Assembly (NCBI GenBank): GCA_047495785.1
Contig: JBLDXI010000003.1
Span: 2,790,001 to 2,854,000, forward strand
Source of the DNA: Lepidodermella squamata
Lineage: Eukaryota > Animalia > Gastrotricha
DNA: 64,000 nucleotides
Direction: 5' to 3'
Shown one piece after another: positions 61,301 through 64,000 of this stretch. The notes beneath the pieces are model-generated. The model searched no databases and was not told the DNA's origin. It saw only the letters and a program-made list of their open reading frames with translations. Within the stretch, counting starts at the first letter, position 1. Each line of letters begins with the position of its first letter. Made by a program: the position numbers and the translations under genes.

Positions 61301-64000
61301 TACCTCTGCAAATAGGCGGGGGAGTCCACGCGCCAGATGACGTGCACGTGATCGTTGGGAAACCAATAACGTCGTAGCCGATATTGCAAACGTAGGTCAC
61401 AGTGTCCCTTTCTGAACTCGGCTCGCCAGCTCGGTAACTCTGGGCAACAATCCTCGCATTGTTAACCAATGGAGCCTGGCCGCAAGACCGAACTGTTTGC
61501 CTGGTTACAATCTGGTTGCAAGTTAGGAAACCAGACCATGTCCCGTCTGATTGGCAGGTGTAGGTATCGGACCCTGAGATTTGGTAGCCGTCGTTACATT
61601 GGAACTGGACCCGATCGCCCGGGCTGGCAAGGGAGGTTCGGTAGGTTCGGGATTTTTCCTGCGCGTTCGCAACTCGAGGTGGCGTAGGGCACTGCCGGTC
61701 ACCCTGGGTGCAGTAGGGTAGCGTTGACCAGGTGCCGTCCTCCTGGCAATACACCGTCTCGCTACCCATCAATTTATACTCGCCGGAACATGCGTAAGTG
61801 ATCGTGTCGCCGCTAACAGGCTGCCGACCGAAGTAAGTCGTGACTACTACGCCGCCCTTTGCAATCGGTTGAGCGGGCGGGCAGGCATTTCCGACGCCGC
61901 TGGTCGATGGAGGGATCGGAGCGCTTTCAACGCCTGGCACGCAAACGGGCGAGTCGGTCCATACGCCTTCTGCTGTGCATAGAATAGCGTCGACGCCATT
62001 TTTGGCGCCGAAGCCAGGCCCGCAGGCATATCGCACGGCTGATGTTGGGGTGGACGGCAGGGTTGAAGTGAAATTTTGCCAGATTATGTTGCCGTTCTCA
62101 ATGATTGGAGCCGGTCCGCAAGTTACTAAGAATGAAATAAAGATAATTATAATCCATTCGAAGGTTTAAATTCATTATAAATGCCTAGAATTGGATAAAA
62201 TTTTCGAAATTCCAAACTTTCAACACATTTTTAGGCAAGAAAATTAATCTCTAACGATCAATCCACGTATTTAATTTTGGGTCATCCTGTCTCTGGAACC
62301 AAATTTACGGTGAGCGTAACCTAATTAGCTGTTGTGGAACCAAATTTCGGAATATTCATGGGGCCTGAAACCACTTTTCAGAACTTCCCAAGCAGTTATT
62401 ATAGCCCATCTTAATTATAAATAATTTATTTTCAGCGTAAAATTCTTTGCAAGACGTATTGTTTACTTAAGAAATCTCAAGTTGCCCCACATTTTTGAAT
62501 TTTTTTAGAATCAAAATTCGGCACGTTTTGAGTTAAGTTCCGCAACAGCAAATTATAGATTCCGCCCACCTTAAATTTGATTCCGATAAAGAATATTCTG
62601 TTTAATTTTGGGTACTTGGCATGTCAGCTAAAATTGAGGTTGAAACCATAATAGAGAAAAATGAGAATGAAAAAATCACTGATTAGTAATAGGATCGATA
62701 CTTGGAATCTACTTGGAACTTGGAACTTGGATACTTGGAATCTACTTGGAACTTGGAACTTGGATACTTGGAATCTAAAAATATTGAGATTCTGGAAAGG
62801 AATAAAACTCGAAAACTAGTTTTGAATCCACCAACTTCGCATTGAATTTTGGCCAACTTTTCCCAATTTACAAAAATCAAACTTTCCAAGCCGATTGGAA
62901 AGGACTTTCCATTTCGAAAAGGTCATTCTAACGAAATTCAAAAATTCTTATCGAATTTTTCCTGATATCGCAAAATAAAAAAAAACGAATCCAGTTCGAA
63001 ATCGAATTCAGTTTAAAATTGAAAAATTAAAATTAAATTAGGAATTAGAGCAGGCTCTTGGCTTAAAATTTGAATAGTAATAATTCAGAAAAAATCCATA
63101 AAAAATTGAGGTGGATGTTGAAATCAGTAAACTTACAGACGCAGCGCGGCAACTGGCTCCACTGGCTATTTTTGTCGCAATACGCCGTATTGACGCCATA
63201 AGTCGCGTAGCCTCGATCGCACGTGTAAAACGCCGAGTCGCCAGCCACGCTTTTCCGGCCCTGATACGTCGTCCGCTCCAATTTCCCGTTCGGAATTTTC
63301 GCCTGAGCATCGCCACACGTCTGCGCCTTGCTCCAGTCGACAGCGCAAGCCGGCGGCGCCGACCAGATGCCGCTGTCCAGACACGTCACGGTCGGCGTGC
63401 CCTGCATAACGAAGCCGAAATCGCAGATGAACGTGATTTTATCGCCGGCTAGTGCTTGCAGGGTATTGTAAGTCCGGCCGGTTTCATGGCCGTTCAAAAC
63501 CTTCGGAACCCCGACGCAAAACGCGGCAGCGGTTTGGCAGCTCGGGACATTCGACCAGTAGCCCTTATCGCCGCAGGTTACCACACTGGATCCGGATAGG
63601 GTGAAGCCATCCGAGCAGCTGTAACGCACAACTGATCCTAGGCCGCTTTTATCGCCGCTGAAACTTGAGCTGGTCACGAAGCCATTCGCGAGGCTAGGCG
63701 CGGCGCCGCATGACGACGAACACGTTGGGACATTCGCCCATCTTCCGCTTGTCTCGCACGAGGCAATGGCGTCACTCGACGACATTGCGAAGCCGTTAGT
63801 GCACTGATATTTCGCAGTGTCCTAGGTAAAAAAAGACCACCCTAGCAACGGCGGTAACCAAGGACGCTGTCAACTTACCCCGGGTGCACTCGGGCGTGAC
63901 GAGAAACTGACGCTTTGAATAACGGAATTGGCGACATTTGGCGGGTCGCCGCACGTTCGAGGCTGGTCTCCGACACATTGAGGCAGTATCGACCAACTTC
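52319..64000 (-). CDS. Giant Sushi/CCP-repeat protein with C-terminal degenerate vWA domain (5' end beyond window)
   Basis: Repeated C-x-x-P-P-x-I/V-x-N-G/A...G-D...Y-x-C-x-x-G-Y...C...G-x-W-x-x-x-P-x-C modules (about 40 counted by eye) over at least 14 GT-AG-bounded exons. The last intron 52682-52735 joins ..AQFKH to AFKDDL..IVYLTT..VFALALG..EIASDSSYFKFVSSTQDL (vWA). Stop at 52319. Confidence 0.9.
62697..62777. repeat. Intronic minisatellite: 33-bp unit x~2.5 built on ACTTGGA heptamers
   Basis: gatacttggaatctacttggaacttggaacttg repeated in tandem. Confidence 0.85.

Noticed and set aside
62697-62777. Short direct repeats resembling a CRISPR or telomeric array
   Set aside because: No unique spacers, eukaryotic intron context, and not a TTAGGG-type repeat. 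It is a simple minisatellite.
63786-63996. Apparent frameshift in the CCP gene near the window end
   Set aside because: Explained by a 57-nt GT-AG intron (63822-63878) that restores ..RPSAPG|DTAKYQC..

Overview
Eukaryotic (metazoan, invertebrate-type) genomic DNA with compact GT-AG introns of about 50 nt; the species cannot be determined from the sequence. Left part (1-15.7 kb): decayed LINE RT fragments, the 3' exons of a divergent 2OG-Fe(II) oxygenase-like gene, an Ariadne-like RBR gene lacking the catalytic RING2 Cys, two tandem membrane guanylyl-cyclase-like genes lacking catalytic residues (possibly NIT-GC type), and a CCHC zinc-knuckle/Gln-rich gene. Centre (16.9-51.7 kb), the main discovery: a minus-strand tandem array of seven intronless genes plus two relics. 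Each gene encodes signal peptide - one or two LamG/pentraxin-like (ConA-fold) domains - Thr/Ser mucin stalk - a complete Cys-loop pentameric ligand-gated ion channel with a non-ACh binding site and almost no intracellular loop. Four copies are intact and three carry lesions. The array shows birth-and-death turnover, a gene-conversion-like tract and interspersed MITE, LINE and LTR-like elements. Right part (52.3-64 kb): the 3' portion of a giant gene with about 40 Sushi/CCP modules in the window and a C-terminal MIDAS-less vWA domain. All domain calls come from motif recognition by eye, not from database searches.
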